Assembly (NCBI RefSeq): GCF_041956535.1
Contig: NW_027192221.1
Span: 203,969-258,166, forward strand
Source of the DNA: Calcarisporiella thermophila CBS 279.70
Lineage: Eukaryota; Fungi; Calcarisporiellomycota
Reading direction: 5' to 3'
DNA length: 54,198 bases
The notes below the pieces were generated by a model. The model was not told where the DNA came from, searched no databases, and worked only from the letters and a program-made list of their open reading frames with translations. Shown in pieces: positions 51,571 to 54,198 of the stretch (position 1 is the stretch's first letter; each line of letters opens with the position of its first letter). Position numbers and translations under genes: made by a program.

Positions 51571-52922
51571 GCTTTATATTGTTATAATAATGTTGTAGAC
51601 TTCTTCATATGCTCCAACTTTTTTATTAATGATTGTAGTATAATATAATGATTCGATCCTTTATTAGTTTTCATACATAAGTTTTTACAAATAATCTTCT
51701 CTCTTGCTCTTCTAGTAGATTATATTCTAGTCTTCAAGTAATTAATTCTATCCTCAATAAACTAGAGATAAAGTTTAATGTATTGTAGGTGCTCAAAACA
51801 TAAGTTATTATACACGGTTTAATTAAACTGTAAATATTCCCGACTTTTAGGTACTTTTAACTAAAATATTACCACTTCTTTCATTATCAAATACTAAAAT
51901 GATTTAATATTCGAATATAAATCAGCGATCTTCCTGCCAAATCTACATTACATATTTTTAAGCTCATAACTATTGTAAAATTTTTAGGACTCATTGATGT
52001 GGCTGTCTGAAATGACCTCAATCGCTAGCTATTGTCAGGATATATTAATGCTTTTTCTCATAATGAATATTAAATTTCTCTAGTTTCAAGGAATTAGCCA
52101 TGATAAATGAGAAATAATCACAAGCAATTGTGGGAATATAGGAATTTTTATATAAATTTAGATTTAATAAATATGGTAATGGGCTTATTATACCTTGCCA
52201 ACGAAATACATTGCAGAAGAGTTCTATTGCCTCCAGAAATTTTTGCGAATAATTAGGATATGTAAGCTTATCCTTCAAGATTTCTAGAGTAACTTTTAAG
52301 ATTTAAGTTTTCAGTATATATTTCAACTCAGTAAATAGAGTGAGACTTTTTAATACTGTGGCTTGAATATAATTCAGCGTTCCCTTTCATTGGTTTGCCT
52401 TAAGACCCTATGTATATTCAATTCAAGATTGATATCCAGTTTACGTTCAGTGAACTATTTCTCGTCGAATAAAATCAGTCGGACATTGGAAAGTAGTGAG
52501 TCAAAGAGTGCTTAGGCTAACAATATTTTCGGAATTTCAACAAAAAGAAATAATCAAACTTAGAAATGCCACAAAAGCTAGCAAATTTATTCATACATAT
52601 TTATTTTCATGTGATTATTTTAATTAGAGCAAGTGATTTAAAAAATATTATAAATATTACCTGATAAAAAGTTTAGTTGTTAAGTATAATTCTTAAGAGA
52701 CATTGTATCCGATATTCTTCTAACGATGAATCGAAGGATATTAATCAATCTAGTACATTATTATAAAAAAAAAATAGAGAATGAAAGATAATGTATAGAG
52801 TCAAGAGAGTTATAGACTATTGAAATGATGTGTTTGGCCATAATGATAGAAAGAGTTGTCATAAAAATGCGAGTCAAACTTGTAAATAGTGTATATCTAA
52901 TAAACGTCAATGCAAATTCAAA

Positions 52923-53452
52923 CTAAACTTGCTTAGCATTATCCTTTTTCTCGTTATCAGGAAGGGTAACGCAGGAGCATCTGTTTGAGCTCTTCCCATC
53001 ACTAATGCATTGTCCACCATTAACTCCATGGAAAATAAAGCAATGAATACCGCATCCGAAATCTCCAACAGCGCATGCAGCTAATTAGTATTTATGAAAA
53101 CTATTAACAACCACTGAACTAAAGATAAAAGGAAGTTTATGGAGTGGTATGAACATACTGTCAGCGCTTTCAGTAGCAGAGGGTCTGCAAATGCAGGTGT
53201 TATTTATGCAGCTACCAACATTCCGACCGTGGAAAAATGAGCAATGGAGCTTGCATCCATCATCTCCGCCGAGAGGACATACACCTGATATAAAAATATT
53301 TGGCAAAGTCTGAGAATCATGCTAATGCGAATCTAATTTTCTGTTGAGCTCACGGTAACATTCAACTTACGGTCATTTGAACCCGGTTGACCAGATGGCG
53401 CGGCTATAGCAACGCCAAGCATCAGGAAGGTAGCAAGGATAAAGGCGCGCAT
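52923..53452 (-). CDS. Secreted tandem two-domain CS-alpha-beta defensin-like peptide precursor (121 aa, 3 exons)
   Basis: Exons 53452-53371, 53284-53159 and 53080-52923 are joined by phase-1 introns (GTAAGT..CAG and GTATGT..TAG). Translation: MRAFILATFLMLGVAIAAPSGQPGSND RVCPLGGDDGCKLHCSFFHGRNVGSCINNTCICRPSATESAD TACAVGDFGCGIHCFIFHGVNGGQCISDGKSSNRCSCVTLPDNEKKDNAKQV. Confidence 0.88.
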
Positions 53453-53524
53453 GGTATTATTGTGATATTTCTTATAAAAGTGTTAAAAACTATGTAAAGA
53501 GTAAAAACGAAATATTTCTACAGC

Positions 53525-53533
53525 TTTTATATA
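53525..53533 (-). promoter_or_regulatory. Putative TATA box of the defensin-like gene
   Basis: TATATAAAA on the minus strand about 75 bp upstream of ATG 53452. Confidence 0.55.
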
Positions 53534-54198
53534 GCTTTCACGCAAAAATGACGCGGATCCATAAAATACAACACCTGTATTTTGCGGAATTACTCTATAC
53601 TAATTACTTAAGCAGGAAAAATTCTCCTTGTCTGTTCACCGGGTAGTTAATATAACGAAAATTTTATTACCATACAAATACGCAATGATGTCGGAAATGC
53701 CACCATTGTCCTGGAGAATTATTCCTTGTTAAGCAACTAAAGAGAATATTTTTGACAAAATTTTATGAATTTTTAACTTCAGCTAATATTCCACTGTCAC
53801 AAAACCCTGAGACTATATTGAAATTGATTGATTGCGATACAAAGCTAATGATCTTAAACTTTTGCGTTTAAAAACTAAGTTTAAGAAATTGATTTCATGC
53901 ATATTAGGTTAGGTTTTAGTCGACAACTCAATCTTGGGAGATTGAAACAATGAAACATCAAACTCGGATTTGAGTAAAATTTTGTGAATAATAAATTAAC
54001 CAAGAAATTGTGTCACCACAAAGGGGTCCAAGCTCATAGATTACTGAATGGGAGTAATTTGAAGTAAATTGTAGGAGAAATCAAGTCTTTATATGTTGAC
54101 TATAAGTTAATTGATATATCCATATTCAAGTTGTGTTGCTTGAAACCTACTACATTCATAATAGTGTCTATAATACTTCTAAGGTTCGATCTAATATC

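Noticed and set aside
52045-52278. 77-aa ORF as a possible transposase relic
   Set aside because: Non-ATG start, AT-rich, and no recognisable motif.
1-54198. CRISPR arrays, operons, rRNA or intact transposons
   Set aside because: Eukaryotic locus; no repeat-spacer array, rRNA, transposase or reverse transcriptase motif was seen.

Overview
Gene-dense, intron-rich eukaryotic DNA from a fungus, most likely an early-diverging lineage such as Mucoromycota (inferred from short GT-AG introns of roughly 50-100 nt and the gene repertoire). The core is housekeeping genes: BST1/PGAP1, CDC16/APC6, a Boi1/Pob1-like SH3-SAM-PH scaffold with an extra CH domain, an unknown Trp-repeat protein, RIX1/PELP1, ADA2, VPS13, a Skn7-type HSF-domain protein, UGA1, ULP1, IMA1, two head-to-head tRNA-Ser(UGA) genes flanking a scaffold gap, and an ALDH8A1-type aldehyde dehydrogenase. 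Both ends look accessory. The left end has two intronless bacterial-type enzyme genes (an imine-reductase-family oxidoreductase and a VOC/glyoxalase) that are horizontal-transfer candidates. The right end has an intronless 7TM-like protein and a three-exon secreted peptide gene, mostly missed by the ORF track, which I reconstruct as a 121-aa precursor with two tandem CS-alpha-beta defensin domains, each on its own exon. Family calls come from motif recognition by eye, exon boundaries are manual predictions, and no database searches were run.
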